Source of the DNA: Macrostomum lignano
Lineage: Eukaryota
Assembly (NCBI GenBank): GCA_002269645.1
Contig: NIVC01000722.1
Location: 62,001 to 126,000 of the forward strand
Length of the DNA: 64,000 nucleotides
Direction of reading: 5' to 3'
Below are positions 25,002 to 39,600 of this stretch, piece by piece. How positions within the stretch are numbered: the stretch's first letter is position 1; each line of letters starts with the position of its first letter. The position numbers and the translations under genes were made by a program. The notes beneath the pieces were generated by a model. The model was not told the DNA's origin and made no database searches. It saw only the letters and a list, made by a program, of their open reading frames with translations.

Positions 25002-28000
25002 CTGAGCAGAGAAAAGCCAACCATGCTGAAATTGCTTCTAGGGGCGAGTTTTGTCGGAACTTTTTTCATTGTAAACAACTGACCTTAACTAATTTCCTTA
25101 GGGTGTTCGGTGTTGTCCCCAGTGCTTCTAATATTATTATTACTCTACATTCAGGTATGCGAAATTTTGAATTGAGGCGTTGTTTGATTTTGAAAATCTG
25201 CTAATTGAGAAGGCATATTTTCTGCTTTATATGAATATATATATTATGATTATTATTATAATTAGACCTTGCATCGTTGAATAGCGAGTATCAATTCGCA
25301 CATTGACTACTGTTGTCAGTAGCTTAATATTCATATTTAATCCGCCGTTTGTTTTTAAGATGAAAAATAGCACAAACAAACTGCGTGTCCCAAAATGTTT
25401 TAAACCACTGCGCAAAGCATTTTTTATGTATTTATTCACCAGTTGCAATACGACAAAATCGGTGCTTTTTTATCAGTTTTTCTTTTTCCAACAAACATTT
25501 TCCATCTTTTCTTTGCTAACATTCAATTAATTTCATTTAGACAGCATTTATTGTTTATGTAAGTAATCAATCATATTTATTCGAGCTGAGAGACAACTTT
25601 GTCCTCACGACTAAACTGTTGTCTCAGCCTTGCACCGCACTGCACTTAAAAAAGCTACTCTCAAATTGCTAACAACACACACAGACCAATGATATCTGCA
25701 AACCTGCCTACCAATAAAGACTCGTTGCGATTCGATTCATTGTAAGAAAAAGTATCATTGTGAAAGAGTACTTTTTTTACTGTCGCATTCTGTCTGGCTA
25801 ATTACGTCGCGAAAATTGTGCAGCTGTATTTTTATTCTTGGTTTTCTCGACTCCCCTAAATTTCCCTGACCTTCTTGAAGCGTGTGCTAATTTTTATAAA
25901 ACTTTGCTGACCGTTATTCAAGCAATTATGGAGCTCATTTTTATCTATTAAATATTTTTAATAAAATTAACGTGGACCCTACCATTTGATAAAATCAAAA
26001 TATACTAATTTTGTATTCGTAAATTTTGTTTTTTACATTTTGCCTTTTTTAAGAAACAACGTTCCTATTATACGATGTATCGATACTATCGAACTAATCG
26101 ATGTACAGTACACAACTTGTTTTTGAGTCTCAGTTAGATGTGGGCTATAGTTATTACATTTATTAAATCGGGCAGAAAGTTCGCGTTCATCATTGAGACT
26201 ATTCGCACACGTAAATCTGCTAAGAATTCAGTTGCTTTAAATAGACTGTTCTGTAGCGAATATTAGAAACTGAAGTTACTGGTAAAATGTTTATCAAAAC
26301 AGCTGGAGTAATTTAACGGCGTCGGTTAGAATTCGCTTCAAAAATTCATGAGTAAAATGTTCTCATTGACGCAACGGCATGTAATACATGTAACCCATTA
26401 AAATTACAGTGCTTAAAAAGCCATTTTACCGCAAAATCGCGTTTTAAGGAAGACATAGTTAAACAAAGTAAGTACATACTGTAACATATTTTATCTAAAA
26501 TACAAAATAATATAAAACCAAAATAATTTTCTTTTTACTTGAACTTCGCTTCACAAGTTATTATTGTAGACTACAGCCAGCGCTAATCATTGCCCCCGTT
26601 TCAAATCAAGAATTTGTACCGGTTGGGAGCTATCATGCGGAGATTGTTTACTTTTCCTTTTTAGGTAACACACCTTTAGTTGGAATTTAGTATTACGTTG
26701 ATACTTGCGGTGTATTTGCTTTCGTTTTTAAGCTTATGTTATTGAAAAAAAACTTAGGTAGTTATTGTGTTATATTATTATTGATAATAATATTATAGCT
26801 AACTATGCAGATCTGCTATGCTATGCTTGTATCTTGTATGACTATCGATGAACCCAGCTCATGTTTTCTACTTTTGCTTTCCAGTTTCTATCCCCTAGAT
26901 CTAGATCTATCTAACCAACTAGTAAATTTTTGTAGAAAGTATTTAAGTACTAAAATAATAGCTCTAGTATTAAAAAAAGAAATTATAAAAAATAAGACTC
27001 AACTTTTTTACTTACTAGTAATGTATGTTATTGTTACTATTTTTTAAATCTGAATTATTTAAATACAACTTTATTAAATTGACGAATTCAAAAAAGCTAT
27101 ATAGGCATATAAACTTCTAAAGATACAAACATTTGATTTGAAAAAAAAGAGTTTCTATTTTTTTAGAATTAAGGTACATTAATTAATGTCATGTTAAATA
27201 GTTATAAAATCATTTCCTTTACTCTTTAGTTTGGGCCTAGGGACCTACATTTAAAATAACAAAAGTGGCCAAATGATTTGAAATTTACTCTTATATATTG
27301 ATTATTTGTTTATTTTATTATTTATTTTGCTTGGCTTTTTTATTTTAGTTTGAGAAAAAATGTTAATATTTTTAAATGTAGAAAAAAATATGTGATGCTT
27401 AATTAGGCCTATTTTTCAATTTAAAACTATAATAAATGCATTAAGTTATATTATATGTATTCTATAAAAAATTAGTAATTACCATAGTCCAGATCATGCT
27501 AGGTACACACTTGAACAAAATTTGAATAATTACAAATACACCCCAAAATAAAATTGAGTGCATGCCTATTCTCAAAACTATACCAGTGTTGCAACAATAA
27601 ATGACCTTTTTGAGTTATGTAATGGACCCTTTTTGGCAAATAATTTTGTTAATTTTTTTGCTTTTGATAATACTATTGATAGTGAGGTGGGGGTGGAGAA
27701 GAATTTTCTTGGAACGGTTGCTTTTGAAAATTTGCTGACACCAGTGAGGTGGGGCAGATTCCTCGTTTAAATAGCCGCTGACATTGAGTTCACACGAATA
27801 AAGCCAGAAAAGCTGCGCAGGTGAATCTCAACAATTTTTTTCTCCTTTTACTCTGTCAGCCAGGTTCTCAAGTCCGGGGGGAGGGTAATTGCAATCGTAA
27901 TAGAGTGTTCCAGAGCAGCATGGTCATTCAGTTATAAATAACACCGGATATTCTGACTCCATGAATTAATGCATTGATGTGTTGAACTCGTAACTTTTAG

Positions 28001-30620
28001 TAGGGTAGTTGCTGCCACCACCGTAATTTATGTATTACATAACAGATGAAGTCTCAGAGCTTTCTTTGAGTTGAGACCTTTGGTAATTTTATGCCCTACA
28101 GGCAAATGACTCAAGATAAGCTATAGCTATGTCAACAGATAAATAGTAATTGATATTTAATTGTGGGTGTTATTTGTTTATTAATTGTAATTTAATAAAA
28201 CATTTTTACTAGCAGGCATTGAAATTATTAGGTTGCAAACGAGAAAAAGGGCCGGCAACAATGGATGCCAAGACAGTGCACTGAATAAAGTAAAATTAAC
28301 TAGTCACGTGCAACAGAAGAAAGGAAAACTAAAACCTCAGGTGAGGTCAAAGTAAGAGAAATACAAACAAACAACCAAAGCAACACAAGCTGAAAAATCA
28401 TCGCGGCAGAACCAAAACTTTAAATAGGAAAGATATTAAATTCAATCCCAGGGTGGGGGTTGGGACGGATGACTGGACTACAGGGTGGGGCAAGCCCGTG
28501 GGCATCCTGATGGACAAATTAATCACAACGCATAAGGTAGCAAAATTGCAAAATACCAACAAAAGGAAAAACATTCCAATGGCGGGGCAAACCAGAGAGA
28601 CAACAATAGGAAAAAACAAAACAATGTCGGGAAAAGAAAAGGAGACACAACCGTTGGAAAAAAAAATAGAAAAAATTCCGGGAATTGGGCGTCAACTTAA
28701 ATTGAAAAAAAATTATTATTATTAGATGTACTAAAGTTTTGTGGCAACCCGCCTGTCACAATAGTGGAAAAATCTGTACATGCAGATTTGTTTAAAGGCT
28801 TTATTGCGAGCTTGAAAAACCCTGAAAGCTTGAAAAGTATGTTTAAAAATGAACCTTTTTTTCATATTTTTTCAACTTCACAATAACTTTTCCACGTGAT
28901 TCTATGAAGTATATACAAGGTATGCTTACATAATATTTTCTTAGGAGTGATGCACGCCAACTGTGCATGCTTATTTTTGGTGTGCAAGGCCAATATACAC
29001 CCAAATTTTTTGGCATATACTATATGATCCAGAGTGTTAAGTAATTAGAAAAAATTTTATTATAAACCAATAATCAATATTCTAATACCAAGTATTCAAG
29101 TTTATTGTCTAAAAATTTATAACCTAGGCTACCTAGGTTCTAATATGCAAAAAATTATCAAGAATCAAGTAATAATATGTAAAAAATTACTAAATTAGTA
29201 TATGATTAGAATGGCTGAATAACTCAGTTTTTTATTTTCTAATTGTTAAAATATATTAGAAAATTAATAAATAGTAGTTATATTTCAAAAGTTCTATATT
29301 TTTCTAATCATATTAAAGTTTTGCTATAGCTATTAGCAATTAGCAATTAGTGTTTATAACCTAGAAAATCTTTTAAAAACCTGGAAATGCAATAAACCTA
29401 GAAAACCCCCCAAAATAGATTAAAAAACCTAGAAAGAAACCAATATTGAAAAGGAAACCTAGAATTATCATTCATCATGTGTGATCCATATAGTGTGAAA
29501 CTAGAAGTAAGACTATTTTACCCACTTTTTACTATGTAAAGTATATGGCTTATAGTAGAAAACAAGAAAATAAGAAACATTGTTACATATATAAACTTCA
29601 TTAATGAGTTCCTAGGTTGCTACCTGAAGGTTTTTTTAATTTGATATAGAAATTAATATTGAATTTTGCATGGCCACACTGAGCTTTGGATATATTTATA
29701 AGAAACTGCAAATATAAATGATTCTAGACAACATATAGGTATAGATATATTAATGGGAATTGACTTAGCTGCAGGGGGCTCTGTGCATCCAGAAATAGCA
29801 AGGAGGCATTGCCACCCATTTTGCTAACCCCTAGCAATATAAGTCACTGAGAGGCGAATGGGCTAGAGGTAAGAAGCAGCTAAGCAATTGGAATATATAT
29901 CTTATATCTAGTTCTTATATCTAGTAATATTGACAATTTAGCAAGTGAGGTTTAGAAGACTTTTATTGAATATTTGATTTCAAAGCAATAGAATTAAATG
30001 AACTTTGCTAGTTTTAAAGCTTTTGTAAGAGGACTGTTAAGTCTAGGGTAAAAGACTCAAATAAACATATTGTTAAAATAAATGGAAGTTATAAACAATT
30101 CTTTGCTATAGATATAAGGTATAAGTAGGCTATAGAAAAATTGGTATAGTTATAAGTATGAATATAGGAATATTTTGGTTGTAGTGGAAATCTCATTCAT
30201 ATAAAATTATTAATATATATATCCTATATATTATAATATGTATTGATATTAGGACTATTTTTAAATATATAATCCTTAAAATTCCTTTTATTCTTTGCTG
30301 CAAAAAACAATATAATTTTTTAAACTGAAATCTCTTTTCTACTTTTTAATAGCTTGATCATTTTAATAGTGATGATACAAATGGTTTCTATTGTACATTA
30401 TTTAGGATTTATCAAATTACTTTACCTACTAGCAGCTGATGATATAGCTCTTGGTAGAATCTTCTAAAAAGTTGTGAAGCTCAATTCAAGAAATAATAGT
30501 TTTGTTTTATTGCTTTTATTTTGACCTAACTAATCTTAATTTAATAACGTTACACACTAGCTTGAAGACCTGATATTTTATACTGGTTCCAGCTGGGTCG
30601 CAGTGAATGCCAATCAGACA

Positions 30621-33600
30621 ATGAGTGTCCGCCCTGTGCAGCCCCAGCAGCAGCAGCAACAACAGGAGAAGCGGCAGCAGGAGCAGAAGAGCCTGGAGCT
30701 AGTGCTCCGATGGATTCACGGCTTCTCTGGGGTTGCTTATCAGCCAGGCGTGATTAATATCGATTGGCTGATTAACGGCGCATTCCTTAATGCCGTCTAC
30801 AGGTGTGCTGGCTGCGTAATCTATTAGGAATTTTAGGAGTTTCACGTTCCTTGCTGCTTTAAAAGAGTCAGTTTTAATTTTTCTTAAACCGGGACTCGGT
30901 TTACCAGATTTGAACATCAAGGCTTAGTTGTCCAGAAACGGAATTTGAGTGAGCAGAATCGGGGCGTTAGTGTACAGAATATGGACTTGAGTGTACGGAA
31001 CCAGGACTTAAGTGTACAGATTTGGGATTTGAGTGTACAGATTTGGGATTTGAGTGTATAGATTTGGGAATTAAGTGTATATATTCGGGACTTGAGTGTA
31101 TAGATTCGGGACTCAAGTGTACAGATTCGGGTCTTAAGTGTACATATTCATGACTTGAGTGTAGAAATTCGGGACTTAAGTGTACAGATTCTAGACTTGA
31201 GTGTACAGATTCTAGACTTGAGTGTACAGATTCTAGACTTTAGTGTACAGATTCGGGACTTGAGTGTACAGATTCGGGACTTGAGTGTAGAGATTCGGGA
31301 TTTGAGTGTACAGATTCTAGACTTTAGTGTACAGATTCGGGACTTGAGTGCACATATTCGGGACTTGAGTGTAGAGATTTGGGATTTGAGTGTACAGATT
31401 CGGGACTTAAGTGTACAGATTCGGGTCTTAAGTGTACATATTCATGACTTGAGTGTAGAAATTCGGGACTTAAGTGTACAGATTCTAGACTTGAGTGTAC
31501 AGATTCTAGACTTTAGTGTACAGATTCGGGACTTGAGTGTACAGATTCGGGACTTGAGTGTAAGATTCGGGATTTGAGTGTACAGATTCTAGACTTTAGT
31601 GTACAGATTCGGGACTTGAGTGCACATATTCGGGACTTGAGTGTAGAGATTTGGGACTTGAGTGTACAGATTCGGGACTTAAGTGTACAGATTCGGGTCT
31701 TAAGTGTACATATTCATGACTTGAGTGTAGAAATTCGGGACTTGAGTGTACAGATTCTAGACTTGAGTGTACAGATTCTAGACTTTAGTGTACAGATTCG
31801 GGACTTGAGTGTACAGATTCGGGACTTGAGTGTACAGATTCGGGACTTAAGTGTAAGATTCGGGATTTGAGTGTACAGATTCTAGACTTTAGTGTACAGA
31901 TTCGGTACTTGAGTGCACATATTCGGGACTTGAGTGTAGAGATTCGGGATTTGAGTGTACAGATTCTAGACTTTAGTGTACAGATTCGGGACTTGAGTGC
32001 ACAGATTCGGGACTTATATTTCCGGAATCGGGATTCTAAAGATCGATTTCAAATCCTCAATCCCAAATTTTCCTTCTCCCCACTAGGGAGATCGACCCGC
32101 GCCCACCATCGGACCCGTCGGCAGTGGCGGTTGTAGAGGAGCCCGCCACGCTGCGCGACTGTTTGCGCAATTGGCGCAGCCTTCACGATCGACTGGCCGG
32201 CTTCTACGAGCAGGAATTGCAGAGCTGGCTGGTTCTGGCCCCGGCCAATTATGTCCGACTGTTGGCCAGTCGGTACTGCGGCGGAGTGCGGCTCAGCGGC
32301 GGTGGGGACACAGAGGATGCAGACGAGCTGCAGGCCTGTCTGCTGGCTTTACTTGGCGTAGCAGCTCAGTCTGACGCCTACAAGGCTCGCCTGGTAGAAT
32401 CGCTGCAGGTGAGCACTAATGGGGACTTTCGATCTTGTTGAGTCCCAGGCAAGGTTCTTTGGTGGGCTGTTAATATTATAGGGCTTTTTGTTAGACCGCT
32501 GCAATTCTCCCCAGGTTCTTTGTTAGGCGGCTGCAATCCTCCCCAGGTTCTTTGTTAGGCGGCTGCAATCCTCCCCAGGTCCTTTGTTAGACCGCTGAAA
32601 TCCTCCCCAGGTCCTTTGTTAGGCAGCTGCAATCCTCCTCAGTGTCCTTTGGTTCCTGGTGGGCCGCTGCAATCCTTCCCAGGTCCTTTGTTAGGCGGTT
32701 GCAATCCTTCCCAGGTACTTTAATTGGCCGCTGCAATCCTTCCCAGGTCCTTTAATTGGCCGCTGCAATCCTTCCCAGGTCCTTTGTTAGGCCGCTGCAA
32801 TCCTCCCCAGGTCCTTTGTTAGGCCGCTGCAATCCTCCCCAGGTCCTTTGTTAGGCCGCTGCAATCCTCCCCAGGTCCTTTGTTAGGCGGCTGCAATCCT
32901 CCCCAGGTCCTTTGTTAGGCGGCTGCAATCGTCCAAAGGTCCTTTGGCGGGCCGCTGCAATCCTCCCCAGGTCCTTTGTTAGGCGGCTGCAATCCTCCCC
33001 AGGTCCTTTGTTAGGCGGCTGCAATCCTCCCCAGGTCCTTTGTTAGGCGGCTGCAATCCTCCCCAGGTCCTTTGTTAGGCGGCTGCAATCCTCCCAGGTC
33101 CTTTGTTAGGCGGCTGCAATCCTCCCCAGGTCCTTTGTTAGGCGGCTGCAATCCTCCCCAGGTCCTTTGTTAGGCGGCTGCAATCCTCCCCAGGTCCTTT
33201 GTTAGGCGGCTGCAATCCTCCCCAGGTCCTTTGTTAGGCGGCTGCAATCCTCCCCAGGTCCTTTGGCGGGCCGCTGCAATCCTCCCCAGGTCCTTTGGCG
33301 GGCCGCTGCAATCCTCCCCAGGTCCTTTGGCGGGCCGCTGCAATCCTCCCCAGGTCCTTTTTTCTATCACTCGGTGTTAATTTTTCGCACAGGCCGCTTT
33401 CGACGAGGACGACCTGGCCCAATTCGTCGAACTAATCCGCACCGTTATGCCCGACGGTTTCTACCTGGTGTCGAAGGAGCCGCCAACGCAGCCGATTGAT
33501 GACGAATCCCGTCAGCTCCGGCTGACTGTCGGCCTCCTGTCCGAGCAGCGCGATCGTCGACTGCACGAACAGGCCGAGCTGCTCGAACGGCTGCACGAAG

Positions 33601-36600
33601 CTCTGGCCCGGACACGCCTCCTGGAAGCTCAGCTGGCCAGCGCCGGCCAACCGCCGGCCAGCCCGCTGGCCGAGGCGTCAGGCGCGGCTACGGCTACGGC
33701 GGCGGCGGCCGGCAGTCACCTGGTGGTTGAAGTGGCCGATTTGAAAGCTAAGCTTCGCCGATTGCGAGCCGAATGCGACGAGAAAGCGGAATGCCTGACC
33801 GACGCCGAGGCCGAATTGGTCGAGCAGCGCCAATTGGCCGCCAAATTGAAGGAGGAGAATCTGCAGCTGCTTGGGGAGGCGCGCATGTCCAGACAGTTGC
33901 AGGACGAGATCGACATACTCAAGGTATAAAATCCTATGACTTATAAGATGACGAGTTTGTTTTTATGTTGCAGTACACGTATAGTTGCTCCCGCTGTTTA
34001 CCTAGAGTTTTTGTGTCGAATTTACGTATCGTTACTCCGGACACTATACAGATTCAGTGCTACCAAAAGCTGCGGAAATTCTTTAAAAAGCACTCTTTGA
34101 ATAATTATGAAACTTGGGGATGCCGTAGTCCAGTGGTCAAGCGCGGCGCTCTGATGTGCCAGCGGCCTAGGCTCGATTCCAAGTGCAGTCACATTAATTT
34201 GTGGCTAAATTGGAATCTTAGTATGAGTCTTCTTGATGGCCAAACCCCAAGGCACAGTGAAGTGTACATGCCTAATGATAAATAAAGTTAGGGTCGCTGT
34301 ACACTCCTGTGTGAGTGTGTGCCTGTGCGTAAGACTGCCTACGTATCCGCACAGGGGATCGATCCTGCTCAGGGGAGTCGGCGGAATGGGCAATAATGCC
34401 TCCCGCCGGTTGTGCGACAATGTCGCTTAAAGTACGCCAGGGTGCACGCAGCCCCCTGCCTCTAGAAAGATTGGGACTACAATCCCCCCATCCCCCTCTA
34501 GAATCCCCAAATACCCTACTAGAATTCCCCACCTCCCTCTGGAATTCCCCATCCCCCACTAGAATTTCCCATCCCCACTAGAATTCCCCATCCCCACTAG
34601 AATTTCCCATCCCCCACTAGAATTCCCCATCCCCCACTAAAATTCCCATCCCCCACTAGAATTTCCCACCCCCCACTAAAATTCCCCATCCCCCACTAGA
34701 ATTCCCCATCCCCCACTAGAATTCCCAATCCCCCACTAGAATTCCCCATCCCCCACTAGAATTCCCCACCCCCACTAGAATTCCCCATCCCCCACTAGAA
34801 TTTCCCATCCCCCACTAGAATTTCCCATCCCCCACTAGAATTCCCAATCCCTCACTAGAACTCCCCATCCCCCACTAGAATTCCCATCCCCCACTAGAAT
34901 TTCCCACCCCCACTAAAATTCCCCATCCCCCACTTGAATTCCCCATCCCCCACTAGAATTCCCCACCCCCACTAGAATTCCCCATCCCCCACTAGAATTC
35001 CCCATCCCCCACTAGAATTTCCCATCCCCCACTAGAATTCCCCATCCCCCACTAGAATTCCCCATCCCCCACTAGAATTCCCCATCCCCACTAAAATTCC
35101 CCATCCCCCACTAGAATTCCCCATCCCCCACTAGAATTTCCCACCCCCACTAAAATTCCCCATCCCCCACTAGAATTCCCCCACACCCCACGATGGGAAA
35201 ATCCCGACCGCCGCTGTACACCCTATCTGAGAGTGTGCGTGCTCAAGAGTACAAGGGGATCTACTTGTCTTCCTACTTCACAATTTTGATTTCGAAACCT
35301 CACAGGAGCGCACGGCCAAGTGCTCCCGCCTTGAAGACGAAATCAGCCGACTGCGCGATCGAACCAAACAGCTGGAGGCCTATCGCAATCGGGCCGAGGA
35401 GCTGCGGAACGAGAATGACGGACTGCATCGGCGGGCCGCTGAACTGGAGGATCTGCTTGAGCGGAGCGGGGCGGACGCTGGAAAGGTTTGTCTTGGTTGG
35501 CTATTTTACTTTTACTTTTATTGCCGATGGCAAGCTCAGGAAGATTATGGAGGCAGTCTCCCAGACAGTCCAGAATTCATGGGGAAGCTCTTAAGCAGTT
35601 TAGAATTCATGGGGAATCTCTCAGACAGTCCAGAATTCATAAGAATCTCTCAGGCAGTTTAGAATTCATGGGGAATCTCTTAAGCAGTCCAGAATTCATG
35701 GGGAATCTCTTAAGCAGTCCAGAATTCATGGGGAATCTCTTAAGCAGTTTAGAATTCATGGGGAATCTCTCAGACAGTCCAGAATTCATGGGGAATCCCT
35801 CAGACAGTCCAGAATTCATGGGGAATCTCTCAGACAGTCCAGAATTCATGGGAATCTCTCAGACAGTCCAGAATTCATGGGGAATCTCTCAGACAGTCCA
35901 GAATTCATGGGAATCTCTCAGACAGTCCAGAATTCATGGGGAATCCCTCAGACAGTCCAGAATTCATGGGGAATCTCTCAGACAGTCCAGAATTAATGGG
36001 AATCTCTCAGACAGCCCAGAATTCATGGGGAATCTCTCAGACAGTCCAAAATTCACGGGGAATCTCTCAGACAGTCCAAAATTCATGGGGAATCTCTCAG
36101 ACAGTCCAGAATTCATGGGGAATCCCTCAGACAGTCCAGAATTCATGGGAATCTCTCAGACAGCCCAGAATTCATGGGGAATCTCTCAGACAGTCCAAAA
36201 TTCACGGGGAATCTCTCAGACAGTCCAAAATTCATGGGGAATCTCTCAGACAGTCCAGAATTCATGGGGAATCTCTCAGACAGTCCAGAATTCATGGGGA
36301 ATCCCTCAGACAGTCCAGAATTCATGGGAATCTCTCAGACAGCCCAGAATTCATGGGGAATCTCTCAGACAGTCCAAAATTCACGGGGAATCTCTCAGAC
36401 AGTCCAAAATTCATGGGGAATCTCTCAGACAGTCCAGAATTCATGGGGAATCTCTCAGACAGCCCAGACTTCATGGGGAATCTCTCAGACAGTCCAAAAT
36501 TCACGGGGAATCTTTCGGACGCACGGATAGAAAGTGAATTAATTACTTAGTTTACGGATGTGATCAGTTATGTATGCTTGCTGTAAGCGAGGGAATTTTT

Positions 36601-39600
36601 GCTAATGTATATAATCCCAATTGTAAATAATCCTTTCCCCACTGTTGCCCCCATATCAACCAGACCAAGTCCCTGCAAGCCGAACTAAACCGCTGCCGCC
36701 AAGAGAAAGAAGATTTAGAAGCATCTCTGGAAGCGGCCAGATCTCGCATAGTTGAACTAACGGAAGACAACAGCTTTCTAGAGAGCGAGTCCAAGCTGGT
36801 ACTGAACGATACGCAGAGCCTCGAAGAGGAGCTCCGGCTAGCTCGCAATGTGCAGAGCTCCGCCCTGTTGGAGGAGACTCTGTCAGACAGTCTGAATGCC
36901 GACGCGCACAGCCGCCTACAGAAGGCCGAATCGGACAAGCTGGCACTTCGCCGACGCCTGCAGGAGGTCGAGAGCGGCCGAGCCGAACTGGAGAGCGAAG
37001 CCGACTCCCTGCGAGATCGGTGTCGCCGGCTAGAGAAAGAATTAGAGCACGTCAGGCAGAGCGCGATCGGCAAAAATGAGATGGATATACAGGAGATCCA
37101 GCGGATTATGTCCGATAATCGGCGGCTGGAGACCAAGGTTGATGAAGTTAACTCTTAATATTATCAGGCTTGGTTTAGCTTCTATTTCTTAGAAAATTCT
37201 TAGAAAGAAAACAGAAACTGCCTTACCTGAGATGATAAAAAGAAACTGTTTCTAAATTGACCTTCAATTCTTAGAGAAATCAGAGATTCCTAGAAATGAA
37301 AGCGAAAACTCGTTTGAAATTATTTATAAATAGGCCTTCAATCTTAGTAATTCTTAGATTTCTAGAAATCGTAACAAAAACACGTTTAAAATGCTTCAGA
37401 AATTGACCTTCTATTCTTACTATGTCTTAGATTCTTAGAAATCAGGAAAAATGCGTGTTAAATGACTCGTAAATCAACTTCTATTTCTTAGAAAAATCTT
37501 AGATTCCTAGAAACGCTTTTGAAATGTTTTATAAATTAGCATTCAAGTTTTGTCAAATCTCAGATTTCAAATCTCAGAACGAAAAACGCGTTGGAAATGA
37601 ATCATAAGTCGACTTATTCTTAGAAAATCTTAGTTTCCTAGAAATCGTAACAAAAACACGTTTAAAATTATTCAGAAATTGACCTTCTATTCTTACTATG
37701 TCTTATATTCCTAGAAATCCGGAAAAATGCGTGTTAAATGACTCATAAATCAGCTTCTATTTCTTAGAAAAAATCTTAGATTCCTAGAAACGCATTTAAA
37801 ATGTTTTATAAATTAGCATTCAAGTTTTGTCAAATCTCAGAACGAAAAACGCATTGGAAATGAATCATAAGTCGACTTATTCTTAGAAAATCTTAGTTTC
37901 CTAGAAATCGTAACAAAGACACGTTTAAAATTATTCAGAAATTGACCTTCTATTCTTACTATGTCTTATATTCCTAGAAATCAGGAAAAATGCGTGTTAA
38001 ATGACTCATAAATCAACTTCTATTTCTTAGAAAATCTTAGATTCCTAGAAATGCTTTTGAAATGTTTATAAATTAGCATTCAAGTTTTGTCAAATCTCAG
38101 ATTTCAAATCTCAGAACGAAAAACGCGTTGGAAATGAATCATAAGTCGACTTATTCTTAGAAAATCTTAGTTTCCTAGAAATCGTAACAAAGACACGTTT
38201 AAAATTATTCAGAAATTGGCCTTTTACTATGTCTTATATTCCTAGAAATCAGGAAAATGCGTGTTAAATGACTCATAAATCAGCTTCTATTTCTTAGAAA
38301 AAATCTTAGATTCCTAGAAACGCATTTGAAATGTTTTATAAATTAGCAATCAAGTTTTGTCAAATCTCAGAACGAAAAACGCGTTGGAAATGAATCATAA
38401 GTCGACCTATTCTTAGAAAATCTTAGTTTCCTAGAAATCGGAGCAATAATACGCGTTCGGTATGATTCATAAGATGACCTTTGATTCTTATAGAATAGAT
38501 AAATCATCGACCATAAATAACCAACAGGTGTGATATATGAAATTATATCGTATTAAATTCCCCAGATTGAATTCTCACTTAATGACCCTTTACTAACCTA
38601 CCTGTATAATTGTGCACCTACCTGCTGTTCAGGTGTCCGGACTTCAGCAGCAACTAGACGATCTCGAGAGCTCCAACGAGCGCCTAAAATCCGAGCAGGC
38701 TCGCTGGTCGTCGGCCAGCCGCGATCTGGAGACAGCTCGGAAAGCCCTCGCCGAGGCTGGCGACTCCAAGCGCGAAGTTGAAAAGGAGGCGAAACGTTTA
38801 AAGCGAGCTTTGGATGCGGCCGAAGCCGATAAGAGCCAGCTGCAGACGGAGGCGAATTCGCTAAGAGAGGAGCTCACGGAATTGCAGGTGCGCGTTGAGG
38901 CTGCGTTTCATTGCCGGATTATCCTGTGCCATTTTCCAATTTTGTATTTTTTCAATGCGAGACAGTGCGACTAAGGATTCGATCGATAATGGGTACTTCT
39001 GTTAGTACTCAAAGGCTGTGGAACCAATGGTTTAGAGGCTAAGGACTCAATAGACAGTGGGACTAAGGACTCAATAAAGACAGTGGGGCTAAGGACTCAA
39101 TAGACAGTGGGACTAAGGACTCAATAAAGACAGTGGGGCTAAGGACTCAATAGACAGTGGGACTAAGGACTCAATAAAGACAGTGGGGCTAAGGACTCAA
39201 TAGACGGTGGGGCTAAGGACTCAATAGACGGTGGGGCTAAGGACTCAATAGATAGTGGGGCTAAGGACTCAATAGACGGTGGGGCTAAGGACTCAATAGA
39301 TAGTGGGGCTAAGGACTCAATAAAGACAGTGGGGCTAAGGACTCAATAGACAGTGGGACTAAGGACTCAATAGACGGGGCTAAGGACTCAATAGACGGGG
39401 CTAAGGACTCAATAGACGGTGGGGCTAAGGACTCAATAGATAGTGGGGCTAAGGACTCAATAGACGGTGGGCTAAGGACTCAATAGACGGTGGGGCTAAG
39501 GACTCAATAGACGGTGGGGCTAAGGACTCAATAGACGGTGGGGCTAAGGACTCAATAGACGGTGGGGCTAAGGACTCAATAGACGGTGGGGCTAAGGACT

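Noticed and set aside
25002-30590. Short ORFs in the AT-rich spacer between the RRM gene and CCDC88
   Set aside because: No motifs, splice logic or codon style matching the real exons.
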